64,000 nt of DNA from Octopus bimaculoides (taxonomy: Eukaryota). The notes beneath the pieces are model-generated. The model was not told the DNA's origin, did not search any database, and worked only from the letters and a program-made list of their open reading frames with translations. The stretch spans positions 136,219,248-136,283,247 of the forward strand of contig NC_068984.1 of NCBI RefSeq assembly GCF_001194135.2. Reading direction: 5' to 3'. The position numbers were made by a program, and so were the translations under genes. Shown here in pieces: positions 28,690-41,200 of the stretch. Numbering within the stretch: the stretch's first letter is position 1; each line of letters begins with the position of its first letter.

Positions 28690-28738
28690 GACTGGAATTC
28701 TTTTAATAGTAGGACTGTCCGATCCGGCAACACATCGT
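28690..28738 (-). CDS. Candidate 49-nt exon
   Basis: ttgttctttag|ACG...CAGTC|gtaagc has two open frames (RCVAGSDSPTIKRIPV or DVLPDRTVLLLKEFQ). Confidence 0.3.
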
Positions 28739-31114
28739 CTAAAGAACAATTACAAAATAATTGTGATATCTAGGGTATTTGGAAAGATATATAACTGATT
28801 TAATCTCTGATATTAGTGTACTCCTCTCTTGTTGTACTCTTTGGATACAATGGTCAGTAAGCTCTTGTGAATTTTTAGCTCAGCAGTTAATCATAGAGAG
28901 CAAGGCGTTTTTTAATCGCTCTATCGTTTGTACCTCTTGGACATGCAGTAACTCCAACGAAAATAATGAGAAATGAAATGGGAACATAATGTCTTCGATA
29001 TTTGTTTGAAAGAAACATAAATTCTACGATTATAGAAATGTGGAGAACCGAATGAAATAATGCAGCATAGAAGTAGCATATATTATATTTTATGGTATAT
29101 TAGATTCCACTGGCATCAGCTTGTATTTTCATTCTTCTTTGTTTCATCAACAAAAGTATCAGATGGATAATCAGATCTATTTAATTTCATATTCCCGCCC
29201 ACGTACTCATGCACAACATGACTAATTTTAAATAGAAATAATAATTCCTAAGTCTCCTTTGTTTCTATTAAAAGGATAATCACTATTTTACCGAAGTATT
29301 CTATTCAAATATTTGGTAACATCAAATATTTAATTTGCTATATTTGAAAGCAGTAAATGTTGTTTTACGAGATTCAAATGCTGCAAAATATTATTAGTTG
29401 CTATATTTGAAAAATATTTATTTTTATCCTCTGCTATATGCGTATTCATTTATATTGCATTTTCAATTTTAAAAATATATATTTACAGTAAGGTATAATT
29501 CTCCAACATCTAACGAAAATTAATCCTCAAAGAGGAAAAGGGTTAAAAAAATGTTTATGAAATGCGCGTGGAGATTAATAATAGAGTTATTCTTAAAAGT
29601 ATTTGAAAAACGTCAGAAGTAAACTAAATGCGAGAGTGCTTTGTTTATATCTAGGATAAATCGCTATTTATTTAAAATTTCAAGAGATTTTCTGGAGTGA
29701 TTATATAAATGTTTAGTTTCTCCTGTATTTCTCCAAAATACAGAAGAAAGCAAACGGAGTAAAATGAGTGCTTTACCTAGACAAAATTCTATCTATTTAC
29801 ACAATGATATCTAAAGCTATATCATAATCCTACATTTTCTGAAAGTTAATTAGCAGAATAACTGAAATGACTTACCGTTGATTGTCAATTAAATTTAACC
29901 CACTAGAATTTTCTCACTACATATTTATGACTTAAAATTCAGGGCTCAATTTTTTTTATTTTAGACTAAAGCAGAGCAGAGATTTCGTTTTTCGTATTAC
30001 CATTATATGAGTGATATGTGTTTATTAACATTGTCGTTCAGTCAATTTGTTATAACACTATCGGTATATGAATCTATGCATTCCAATGCATTTAGAACGA
30101 TGAAATACTGTCTCTTAGATAGGCGTCTTCCCAAAATATTATATGAATTTAAGACGAATCTCTGTTTTTTGGACTAGAGTTTTTCTTATACTTTTTCCAC
30201 TCTCTTTTTCTATAATATATTATAAGCAGTTAGAAGATTTAAATAATGTTCTTCATTTTAGATTATATATAAGTAGCTGGATAGATAAAACAGACAGGTC
30301 TTTCAGAACTATAACGTAAATGTATTAGATTAGAAGGAAAACGAAGTGATTTCCGACTTTTGAAGTATTTCTTGTTTTGATGGAAAGAAACTCAGAAACT
30401 TCAGTAGCAGCCAACCGACAATTTAATAATTTTTCTTTGATGCAGTGAATGTATGATATATTTCTTGTCGTTTAACAAATTCAAGCTAAAAAACAATTAT
30501 TCCCCAACATTAGAAGAAAATGTTTGTAATAATTTTAAAATCTATTGATTTCCCCGTGTTTTAATAACGTCAGACCATCGTATTATGGCAGTGAATTGAA
30601 ATTGCCGAGTTGATAAATCAATAGATTCTGTTCTGAATGGTCATGAATACAAATCCACTACATGTGTTTCAAAGAATTTCAATGAAGAGCTCCAGATTTC
30701 ACATATTTCTCAGTAAATGCGCTGTCGCTGATACATAGAATATCTCGTGTTAATATTTATAATGATAGACTGGCATCCGCTACAGGAGACGATTAAATTC
30801 TCGTTTAATGTATTTAAGCCACCAAATATTGAAATAAACACCCTCGCTTTAAGGGTGTCGCGAAAGGCTTGATTAGAGGTCCAAACTTCCTAGTTCTTTT
30901 ACAGGGCTTAGAATAACTGAAGGACCGCTGCAATAAGTTTGTGAATCTCTGAGAGGGGAATAAGTTCAATAAAATCATAACCAACTGATATACTATATAT
31001 AGTAAAAATCGCTTACTACATGTCGATAATCGAGTCATTGGTGTATGGAACATCCAGATGAAAGGGAGCAATCGGGTTTCTGTATTGTTCGATCTCCAAT
31101 GATGATACACTTAC

Positions 31115-31212
31115 GGCTATAGTTGGGTCGGTTCCACACGTCGATGCCCAGATGAACTGAATCAACGTGTCTCTGAAACAAATATCAAAACTTACGCCTT
31201 TACTGTAAACTC
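31115..31212 (-). CDS. Candidate exon (98 nt, or 17-nt and 58-nt sub-exons)
   Basis: ttgcttgtcag|GAG...TAGCC|gtaagt; the unspliced reading is GVYSKGVSFDICFRDTLIQFIWASTCGTDPTIA. GC content is above background. Confidence 0.3.
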
Positions 31213-31755
31213 CTGACAAGCAATAAATAAATCCCGGTTACAGTTATCTATATTAAAATATGAGGTTGTCCCTGCCCTACAATAGCTATATACAGTTTTC
31301 TACGTAGACTAAATTAAACAAATAATGTCAATAATGCAACATGAAATGAAGACATGAATTTATTACTGACTAATATGTTACACATATATTTAGATTTATA
31401 TGTGATATATAATGATAATTTATAAAATTGGATTACATCATATGTGTGAACTTCAGGTTATTTAAGATATGTTTGTGACAAGTTGTAACTTCTAAATGTC
31501 ATCAGCTCGACTAAGCTTTACAAGAGAGCGACTGATGTCTTTCTCAACCGCTCACTGTGCATAATAAACTGTGAGGTTACAAACGGAAGAATTAACAGGT
31601 CAAAAATTGGGTATGACAAGGAGCTGAATCTTGTTGCCACACATTATGGCCTTCCCAAAACAATTAGCTCCAGCCATGGATTGACTACAGTAGCTTCATG
31701 TAGCCGACTGAAATGTGCTTAAGGCCCTGCTGAAAAATGCAAGGATAGCTTCCTG

Positions 31756-31824
31756 CGTGCGGACGCAATCAGAACGTGCGGACGCAATCAGAACGCGGAC
31801 GCATTCAGAACGCAATCAGAACGC
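31756..31824. repeat. GC-rich short tandem repeat with shrinking units (19, 19, 17, 11 nt)
   Basis: CGTGCGGACGCAATCAGAA x2, CGCGGACGCATTCAGAA, CGCAATCAGAA, CGC. Confidence 0.95.
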
Positions 31825-31974
31825 TTTCCCTGCTAATGGCTACGGCTTTGCCGTATCCGTTGCAGCTGTCAATTTCACATATTACAGCCTTTACAGTGTT
31901 CACAGGACTTTGAGCAGCAGTGAGGATTTCATTATTTTGATAGCCGGCCCAATCATCATAACTCTTTTGCTAAT

Positions 31975-32400
31975 ATCAGTTTCAAATTTTGGAACAAGGC
32001 CAGAAAGATCGCGTTAAGGGATAAGTCGATTATATAGACACTAGAGTTCAACTGGCACTTCTTCTATCGGCCCGGAAGGGTGAAAAGTAAAGTCGACCTC
32101 AATGGAATTTGAACTGAGAACGTAAAGACAGACGAAATGCCGCTAAGCAATAGCGACATGCTAACAGTTGTATTAGCATGTCGCCCTAATTATAAGTAAG
32201 TATGGATTTCACATTGTAGTACAAGGCCGACCATTTCGAGGGGTAAGTAAATTTCATGGGCCCCAGTCTTCAAATGGTACTTATTTCATCGAGCTGAAAG
32301 GGATGAAAGGCAAAGTGGACGTCAGTGGAATTTAAACACAGGCCGTACAGACGGACGAAATACTGCCAAGCTTTTTGTCTTAGATGTTATCACCTCACCT
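31975..32400 (-). mobile_element. Two head-to-tail SINE family B copies
   Basis: AAAGTCGACCTC..GGAATTTGAACTGAGAACGTAAAGACAGACGAAATGCCGCTAAGC; the motif recurs ~230 bp later. Confidence 0.8.
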
Positions 32401-33761
32401 CCCTAATTATATATAAATATAAAAAAGACTACGTTAACTTCATTCAAATATTCCAGAAGTAAGGCTACCTTCACTCACTGTGTAATTTTAGCAGAACAAT
32501 CTACGCATATTTATTATTCATCAGAGAAAATTTCGCATCGGAATGAGCATATTTTTTACGCAAAATACTATTCCTAAATTCGATTTTACATTTGTGAATA
32601 ATATTGATTTCTCACTTTGGCACAATGCAACACATTTTGTTTACAGTAGGAAACAGTCGATTAATAATACTTCGGTTCTTTTGTGGAATTTATTTTCTGA
32701 AATGCGAAAGGATAGATGCAGAAGTCGACAATGGCGGAATTAGAAATTACAACCTACTTATAAATCACATGACATGTTATTGAACCTTTTGCTGCTGCTG
32801 CTTCGTCATTACCCTTGTTTATGGATTATATTGAATCACAAATTTAAATTTTCTTTATGAACATTTCTGAAGGCTTTTGTAAAACAAATCAGGGGTTATA
32901 CATGAAAATTAATATGCTTTATGCAAGCATATTAAGCATGGTTTCTCCCCATGTAGAACATTCTAAAATGTACTAATTAAATACTTCTATAACTTTTTTG
33001 AAAAATTAAATCATATTTGACCTGTTTCGATGACGGACATTTCGAAGGATACAAAACATTATTTATTTCATAGAAAACTGATTAGCTACTGGAAATTCAA
33101 ATTCCTGGACAAATTATACTGGGGAACGTAGTCTGATTCCATATATCACCGAAGTGGATTTGGTATTCCCATTTTTTGTGTCCACCCAAACTCTAAAATT
33201 CTTAGTACGCAGGCAGTCATCAGTTTGAGTATTTCCATGTCCCTCTACACTAATACTAGATAACCTGTTGGTCAACAGCTGAGTAAGTCCAGCTGTTTGA
33301 TCTTTTGACATGTTTATTTTATCCTGCTGGGTTTCTAATAAACGTTTTTACTTGGTTTCCCTAATTGCTTACTAGATTAGCTGCCGGTGACCCGCCATCT
33401 GACAAGTTGCATGTTACCAACAGTATGTGGGAGTTACCTAACCACAATACCTAATTTGTATCTTGCTAATTAAATATATAATTGTCTGGTGATGACTAAA
33501 ATATTACGTATAGATATGACTTGATTTATTTATGCAGAATATCTGATAATCTTACACAGTTACTCAGCAAATAACATTCTCTACAGCAGATCATCTCAAA
33601 GACTATAATAGTACTTGACATTAATTTATATTAATTTATATTTTTACATTCACACTACATAATTATTTTTCGTTAGTTTTCAATGGTATTTGTATAACTT
33701 GTCTATTAATTTTAATCTCGTACACCTCTACAAAAGTACAAAAATGTAGTGATGCCCTTAC

Positions 33762-33846
33762 CATGAATTTGGCAATCACTAAGGAAGTTATGTTTCGCTA
33801 ACGTGATCTTATAAGATCGGAACACATCCGGAGTTGTCATCCATAC
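33762..33846 (-). CDS. Candidate 85-nt exon
   Basis: ctaattttctcag|GTA...CATG|gtaagg. The only open frame is VWMTTPDVFRSYKITLAKHNFLSDCQIH (phase 0-to-1), compatible with the exon at 31212. Confidence 0.35.
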
Positions 33847-34168
33847 CTGAGAAAATTAGATTAAAATACTATTTGTTATTCAGCTAATGTTTTGTTCTCC
33901 TCATTGCATAAATATTATTAATTAATTAGATTTTCTTCATTACATTAGCTGTGATGGCACTCACTTGGCTATTAATTCATAAGATTGCTGATTTTACGTC
34001 TGCCATCTCAATTAGCAATCTTGTCCAATGACTGAGTCTATATTGTTCAGTTGACGATCAATAACAAATAAAATTCTCCTGTCTCACTCATTCGCTCTTC
34101 GCTCTCTCTCTTTCTCCTACTGAAACACATACATATTTCTGTACAGATGTACACATAAACACACAGAT

Positions 34169-34210
<42 letters not shown>

Positions 34211-34537
34211 TATATACGTATGCATCTGTAAATATGCGCCTAATGCCTAATTAACTCCTTACAATGGTATCTGTAATATTCCGGAGTGAATATGGGGTAA
34301 AATTGAATCGATATCTTATTTTTAAATCAATATAAGCTATTTTTATCTTCTAATCGGCACATCATGCGCTACCTGTACGTGAAATTTCAGTTATAATATA
34401 TTAGCTGCAAGTAAAATTAAATCAGTGACAACTGTACGGAAGCCCGCCAAATAAACTGTAGTTGTTATTCGTTAGTATATCTAATCCTTTTAGCATATCA
34501 ACATCACTATCTGCGCTACGTATCTATTGTTGTTATT

Positions 34538-34740
34538 TCTTTTACTTGCTTCAATCACTGAACTGCGGTCATGCTGGAGTTTCCCTTGAATAACCTTAGT
34601 CGAACAAATTGACCCCACTACTTAGTTCTTCAAGTCAGGTACATAATTATTCTGTCGATCTCTTTTGCCGAACATCTAAAGTAAGAGGACGTAAACAAAC
34701 CAACACCTGTTGTCAAGCGGTGTAGGTTGATACATAAAGA
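34538..34740 (-). mobile_element. SINE family A 3' half
   Basis: Reverse complement of the tail: TCTTTTACTTGCTTCAATCACTGAACTGCGGTCATGCTGGAG.. Confidence 0.8.
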
Positions 34741-34766
34741 CACAAACTCACATGCATTATATATAT

Positions 34767-34819
<53 letters not shown>

Positions 34820-34944
34820 TGGTACAACAAAGCAGCAATGTTTACTGGAAATAGCAGTAGTAATACTTCAATGTGTATATACTAGCAAAGACGTGTGAGA
34901 GCAGCAGACATAAAAAAAATTATCTTACCTTCTAGGAAGAACAT

Positions 34945-35030
34945 TATGTAGGCGTAGGAGTGGGTGTGTGGTAAGTAGCTTGCTTACCAACCACATGGTT
35001 CTGGGTTCAGTTCCACTGCATGGCACCTTG
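34945..35030 (+). mobile_element. SINE family A head only
   Basis: GTAGGCGTAGGAGTGGGTGTGTGGTAAGTAGCTTGCTTACCAACCACATGGTTCTGGGTTCAGTTCCACTGCATGGCACCTTGG, then unrelated sequence. Confidence 0.85.
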
Positions 35031-36196
35031 GCTTCAATGTGTACAGAGGGACTGACCCCCAAAACCACGTGGTTGGAAAGCGATTTTCCTTTCTACGTCA
35101 CCATTCCAGCGTGTTCAGAATTAATGCTCGTCTACCTCTGTATATTATTGTGTATGTTTACAGGGATGCAATTACCAGGAAATGAGCTTATACTAAGGAT
35201 GTGCTTCCGTAGGGAAGCTATGTAAAGCCAAAACACACTTGGCACGCCAACATTAGATTAAAATATTATAAGAGACTGAGTTATAAGTGTATTCTTCTCG
35301 CCGCATAAGTTATATTGATTTTTTTTAATTTTTCTCTTTTTTTGTGTGTTGGCTATATTTAAGTACGAAGGTACTAACCTGATTGTTAGTAGCCGAGACT
35401 TCTCTATTACAAGAAGGTCACTGAAATATGAATGAATTCGCTTCCTGATGCAGAAACCATGCACCGTGGTTTCTTCCTGTCTTCCCATCAGTACTGGCCA
35501 TTCTGCGAAAGGTCAGGTATATTATCTTTCCTCCACTAACCATTAAAAAAGACTTTAGTTGTCTATTTCAGTTAAATGTTTAACTCTCCATAGCTCAATT
35601 TTCTTGCCAGTCAGCTGTAGTTAGCAAATCTTTAGAAAATACCACCCACTTGAATCCTATCAAAGTAAAGCATTTTACATTTATCATCATAAAGTTGGTC
35701 GTTATGACCTTCATAAAGGTTAAAATATATTACTTAGGAAAGCTTGCGTAAGAAATAAGCGTTGCTCATCGCCATAAGATCCTTTCTAAATTTAGAACAA
35801 GAACAGACATCTGGTGGGAGGGGCTTAGTTGATTAATTCCACCAAGTAATTCACCACTGCTTTATTTTATTGAAAATCTGGGAAAGAAAGACAAAGTTGA
35901 TCTCCGGGATGTGAATTCAAAATTTATAAATCTGATAAAATACCACATGATATTTTCTCCGACACTCTGTCGATTCTGCCAATTCACAGCCTACCTCTCA
36001 CACTAAATACAAGGCCTGAAAGTTTCGTGGAGGAGGATATTCGAAGAGACCAAAATCTTGAAATGCCGCTACGCATTACTTCCTCCATGCTAACGATTCT
36101 TCCATCTCGCCGCCTTTGATTCACACTAAATAATAAAACGATCAACCGGTTAACTATTCATTCGTTATTAAGTCGATGTATCAGTTAGCAGTTCGT

Positions 36197-36249
36197 TACC
36201 AAAGCCTTGTGAGTGGATTTGGAGGATGGAAACTGAAAGAAGCCCGTCG

Positions 36250-36330
<81 letters not shown>

Positions 36331-36537
36331 GTACCTGTGTTTGTCTCCCCCAACATCGCTGGACAACCCATGCTGGTGTGTTTAGGTCTTCGTAACTTAG
36401 CGGTTCGGCAATAGAGACCGATAGAATAAGTAGTAGGCATCCAAAGAATAAGTCCTGGGGTCGATTTGCTCGACTAAAGGTGGCGTTCCAGCATGGCCTC
36501 AGTCAAATGACTAAAACAAGTAAAAGAGTAAAAGGAG
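36197..36537 (+). mobile_element. SINE family A, 5'-truncated
   Basis: It begins ACCAAAGCCTTGTGAGTGGATTTGG and carries an internal (TG)n and the full tail. Confidence 0.9.
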
Positions 36538-36542
36538 AGTAT

Positions 36543-36919
36543 GGCATACATTGTGCAAAATTGTCAATTACTCGAACACATTCCTCTTTGGCAATTTCCC
36601 TGATTTCTTCTGTGGCTGCTGCCTTCAGTTCACCAATCGTTTGTGGGTTGTTCTGGTAAACATTACCCTTAAGATACCCCAACAGATAAAAATCTGTGTG
36701 AGGCGGGTGTTCAAGTCCGGTGAATGCGGTGCCCATTCAACGTCACACTTCTGATCAGTCTCTCCTGAAATCGCTCTGTCAGACAGGTTAGGGTATCATT
36801 TGAATTGTAGTGCTGGAACCACTGCTCATCTCGATCTATCCCTCTGCGTCGTTTTATTCAGTTTTATTTAAAGATTTGGGGGTTCTGTTTTTTTTTTGGG
36901 GGGGGGAGGTCACCCTGTA
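36543..36919 (-). mobile_element. Internally deleted Tc1/mariner-superfamily transposon relic (one TIR plus transposase C-terminal fragment)
   Basis: The minus strand reads EWAPHSPDLN (frameshift) DFYLLGYLKGNVYQNNPQTIGELKAA, which is the WPxxSPDLNPxDFxLWG catalytic-end region. The terminus is TA|CAGGGTGACC at 36919. Confidence 0.85.
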
Positions 36920-38399
36920 CTTTTAAAATATTTGTTTGATTACTTTTTCTTACATCAAAGTAACTACGGCAGAGTCAAATACGCTATGAGGAACGCTATC
37001 ACATGTTATCAAACATTATTCTTGTGATGAGCAACGAAGTAGATAACTCCGACAATTCTTTATTATTAAGCCCTATGGGCAGATATATAGACTCCATCAT
37101 TGCTTGCTGGCTGTCTTAAAGCTAGATTACTGGTTTCGTAACTAGTATCATACTGACAATCTCGCTTGGTATACGTGTAGTGCCTCATTACTGGTTTGGT
37201 AGCAACTGCTTTGCTAGTTTTGCAGTGATTAACTTGCTGGCTCTCTAGTGACTAGCTTCTAATATAGAAATGTATATAGAATCCTCAGGTGATTTTAGGA
37301 AATGATATTAATCGATAATTTACATATAAACAGTCACCGATAATATATTTACGTAGTTAAACTCATTTCAGAGATTAATATGGTGATTAAATAGCATATG
37401 TTTTAGTTAACATTACTCCGTATTTTCGTTAAAGAGACTTATTGATCAGAATTGATCTAATTTGTCTCCCTTGCTTGTTTTACCAAATAATAATGTTACT
37501 TGAATTATGGGAGTTTGCTTCAGAAAGCATTTTCCCTCAGCTATATGTCCCCGTGCATATAGATGAGGGAGGATGTTTAGTAAGTGTTTCAATCAATCAA
37601 TTTTATAAAATAAGTAAACCAACAATGTACAAGAGAACAATGACTCTCTTCTATCGTTTTCGTTTTTTAGTCATCTTCATTTCTTCACGACATGTCGCTC
37701 TGTTTAATTCTTGAAGCTACGCACGCGTCCATTTTGTGTTTTTCGTATGCGCTTTTTCCAAAGTGTGTTGCCTGTTCCTGGCCATATTCCCTAAAATGTG
37801 TTGCCTTTGTTACTGTTTAGCAACCGATCAGATCTGACTTATCAAACAATGTTTTCTTTATATTTTAAACCGGCAGTGCGTAATTTCAAGGAAATTTAAG
37901 TGTTACTTCTAACATAGATGGTCTAAGATAAGGCCTGGTTTTAAAAGAAGTATATTTTCGTTCTTTTTCGTAGTATGATGCTGTGTTGTAATGACTAAAT
38001 CATTTTATTTTCCACCTTAGATCTATCAGCAGAAGAGTTGCATGGCTCGCTGATTTCCTAGAAATTTCTTTATTAACACTCAATTTATTTCGATATGCTG
38101 TTTATGGAATGCAAAATATGTTTAATTTCATTTCAAAATAATGTTTCACTTCACAGAACTCTATATTTCTTCACATTCTACAACTAGCATCCGTAATGTA
38201 CATAGTGTACAGTTGAAATTAATATGGCTCTTATAAGAATTTTTATTTTTATTTTTGGAGCCATTATAATAATTTTAATCCGACAAACAAGTTGTAATCT
38301 TGCTAAAGATGTTATGGCTGTAACATTCTGGTATTTTACATTTTGTCTTTGATCTTATATCTTCTGTTATGTTTCTTAAATATTTAAAATCATCAACTT

Positions 38400-38800
38400 G
38401 TTTGAGCGTCTTTTGTTTTAATTATATTTTGAATGGACAGTGGGCTAAAGATTTCAATTGGATTAACAATTTCAGTTGGATTAAATATTTTCTTTTAGTT
38501 TCAACTAGATTGCTTTATCGTTACTTTTGTCAGTATTTCTTTTCATTCCATATTTTTTCTCAATTATATCAAAGTATTTTGTAAGATCTCTAATTTCCTC
38601 TTCAATTCATCCTTTTAAATCAATATTATCTCTGATACACAGATTACTAAGTAATCCAAATCTTACTTCAACAATATTTTCTTCCAAAGATTCAACGGCG
38701 ACTGTTATTATATATTTGAATAGGCCTAGAAAAAATTTACACCCTTTCTTCACTGAGACCTACCATTCTTCCAAATCACTTATTTAGTGATCTTCCAACC
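38400..38800 (-). mobile_element. RTE-clade LINE reverse-transcriptase remnant
   Basis: The minus strand reads VKKGCKFFLGLFKYII..SNLCIRDNIDLKG*IEEEIRDLTKYFDIIEKKYGMK, a degenerate version of GVRQGC..LFN..NLRFADDID..EEEL..YGM. Confidence 0.65.
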
Positions 38801-38864
38801 GAAACTAGATATTATGAGTAGTCATAAGTTTTATCTTTGCCTTCTATATTCCACGTGCTTCCCT

Positions 38865-39462
38865 CGCTTGACTGGTGCACCGCCTTAAAGAATTTTAGTC
38901 GAACAAATCGACCCTATTAATTATTTTCATGTCAAAGTCTGGTACTTATTCTATCAGATTATTTCTCAGAACCGTTAGGTTATTGGGACGCTAAACACAG
39001 GTATACACACACACACACACATATATATATTTTTTTTTTATTGCCCACAGGGGGCTAAACATAGAGGGAACAACCAAGGACAGACAAAGGAATAAAGTCG
39101 ACTACAAAGGGATGAAGTCGATTACATCGACTCCAGTGCGTAACTGGTACTTATTTAATCGACGCCGAAAGGATGAAAGGCAAAGTCGACCACGGCGAAA
39201 TCTGAATTCAGAACGCAACGGCAGACAAAATACCTCTAAGCATTTCGCTCGGTTTGCTAACGATTCTGCTAGCTCACCGCCCTTTATATATATATATACA
39301 ATGGACCTTTTTCCCGGTTCCCTTTACCAAATCCACTCACAAATTATTATATGGTCCGAAGCTTTATTAGTTGGCACATGCCCAAGATGCTACGCATTGG
39401 GACTGAACGCAGAGCCTTGTGGTTGTAAAGCAAGCTTCTTACCACACATCCACACCTGCGCC
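38865..39462 (-). mobile_element. Diverged SINE family A (head 39310-39462, tail 38865-39000) with a family B copy (39035-39280) nested in its microsatellite
   Basis: Order and common orientation of the recognisable blocks. Confidence 0.7.
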
Positions 39463-40829
39463 TCTGAATGGTTTTATAATATTCTCTATTCATAGGCTAC
39501 AAAATATTTTCAGAACACCTTAACTCATTACATACCCTCGCAAAATATTTTTTTCTTTTCAATTAATAAGGCACTGATTGATTAACTTGTGTTGTAGATA
39601 TTGTTTGCAAAATGCTATAAATATACTTGACACTATATCTCCTTTCGTGGCAACAAATCAGTTTCTCTAAATATGATTTTCTTTGCTTGTTTAATTCGAG
39701 CAAATAAAGTCGTATGGCATGTCATATAAACTAAATGTTTATTTCGGAATGTTTAGGTTTGATTTATGTTATTTTGCTATTGTTTATAGCCATTTATAGA
39801 ATCATTCTCTAATATGTAATTTTTTTTTTTTTTTTCAAAAAATTTCAGTTACCGTATTTACATCAATTTTTATTTATCATTTCTTGATTCAGGAGGAAGT
39901 GGTAGTGTTCATGACGTTTGGAAACCCTCCGAAAAAGGTAAAGCGTATAGCATTAATATTCATCATGAACTTCTGTATTTCAAGAACTGCGCGAAAGATA
40001 TAAGCGTAAAAGGAATTTCAAGATAGAGAGATGACGTTCTGAGAATTAGGGACTGTATGATAGAAATAACAATGGCAAAATAAGAAAAGATTAGTTAGTC
40101 GGGATTATCTAAGTATGGTTGGCTTAAACTTTAACAGCTAAATCTTTATGCAAGATATTGAAGGGATTATTTTAGTTTCAAAACATTCTCCCTGTTTTTT
40201 TCTTGGGTGAAATCTGGATTTTACTGTATTTTAAATAGAATTTTCGTTTATAAATTATTTTAGCAATTTAATATATATTGCTCTGGGTGAAACACTTTTC
40301 ACAATGGTATCTTCTTTTATATCTGTCTTCATTTGCTAGAGATAGCAGGTTGTCATATTCATGTCTAAAATAACATTTGCGTGCTTATTTTTGGTTATAG
40401 TGTTTTTTAACCATTTGATATTTGTCGTTTTGAAACATTTGCACTTCAATACATTCAGTAATCAATAAGACGTCTGCAGTATGACCGAATGGCCGGGAAG
40501 ATTGTTTCAGAATCAGGATGTCCAGAAATTAATTCCACTGTATGACCTCTTGGGCATGTCATCTTTTATAATTATGTGAATTTAGATAAAAGGAAGCATT
40601 CAGAAACCCGATGGACGGATTGTACTTGTAATTTGAAATTCGACCCTTGTCGCGCACAATCTCGCTCCGAGTTTGTATATTATATTAAGGTAACGTATTT
40701 TCAGAATACACATCCACATTCGCATTAATTCAACGAGTTGGTAATAATTCAGCTGAAGAGACAGCGGAATCTTCATCGTCGAAAATGACGAAGATCCATT
40801 AACTCTACTCATTTGCCGCCCTATTTCAT

Positions 40830-41200
40830 TTCCTCATTTCAATTTTTACTTCTCAATTGACCAATCCAAATTCATTTTCTAAAGTTTCCTTTCCATGTCA
40901 TTTGTTTCAGATCTTTTCTTTCATCAGAATTGATTAAAACCGCTTCATTTATTCAAAGATTCTTAATTTTATTTTATTTTGTTCCAAGGATGTTCTCGGT
41001 TATTGTTTCTTCAAAGGTTTCTCTTAGTTCTTGAATATTAATATTTGCATCTAATAATAATAAAGGTGCACATTTTCCTCATATCTCTGTTTTGAATTCT
41101 GTTGTTATGTTAAAGTCTTTAAATTTTTGAAGGTCATATTTTCTTCTTATATTTTGGTTTTTCTTGACTAATTTGAATCTTAGGAGCAGTTAGTATCTTC
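40830..41200 (-). mobile_element. RTE-clade LINE remnant (endonuclease-RT linker), possibly the same element as 38400-38800
   Basis: The minus strand reads LLRFKLVKK..RRKYDLQKFKD..EFKTEI..ENILGTK..DERKDLK. Strand and order are consistent with the RT piece. Confidence 0.5.

Noticed and set aside
28690-31212. Dicyemid (parasite) contamination suggested by 20-23-nt intron-like units
   Set aside because: The flanks are continuous with host-type SINEs and microsatellites, gene density is very low, and splicing out these units gives no recognisable protein.
35490-35516. Plus-strand mini-exon YWPFCERS resembling the PTP YWP motif
   Set aside because: A three-residue match with no other phosphatase motifs in the window.
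40588-40690. Plus-strand peptide WTDCTCNLKFDPCRAQSRSEFVYYIK with a faint TIMP/NTR N-terminal resemblance
   Set aside because: Spacing and the conserved Cys/His residues do not match, the acceptor is weak, and it adjoins a LINE remnant.
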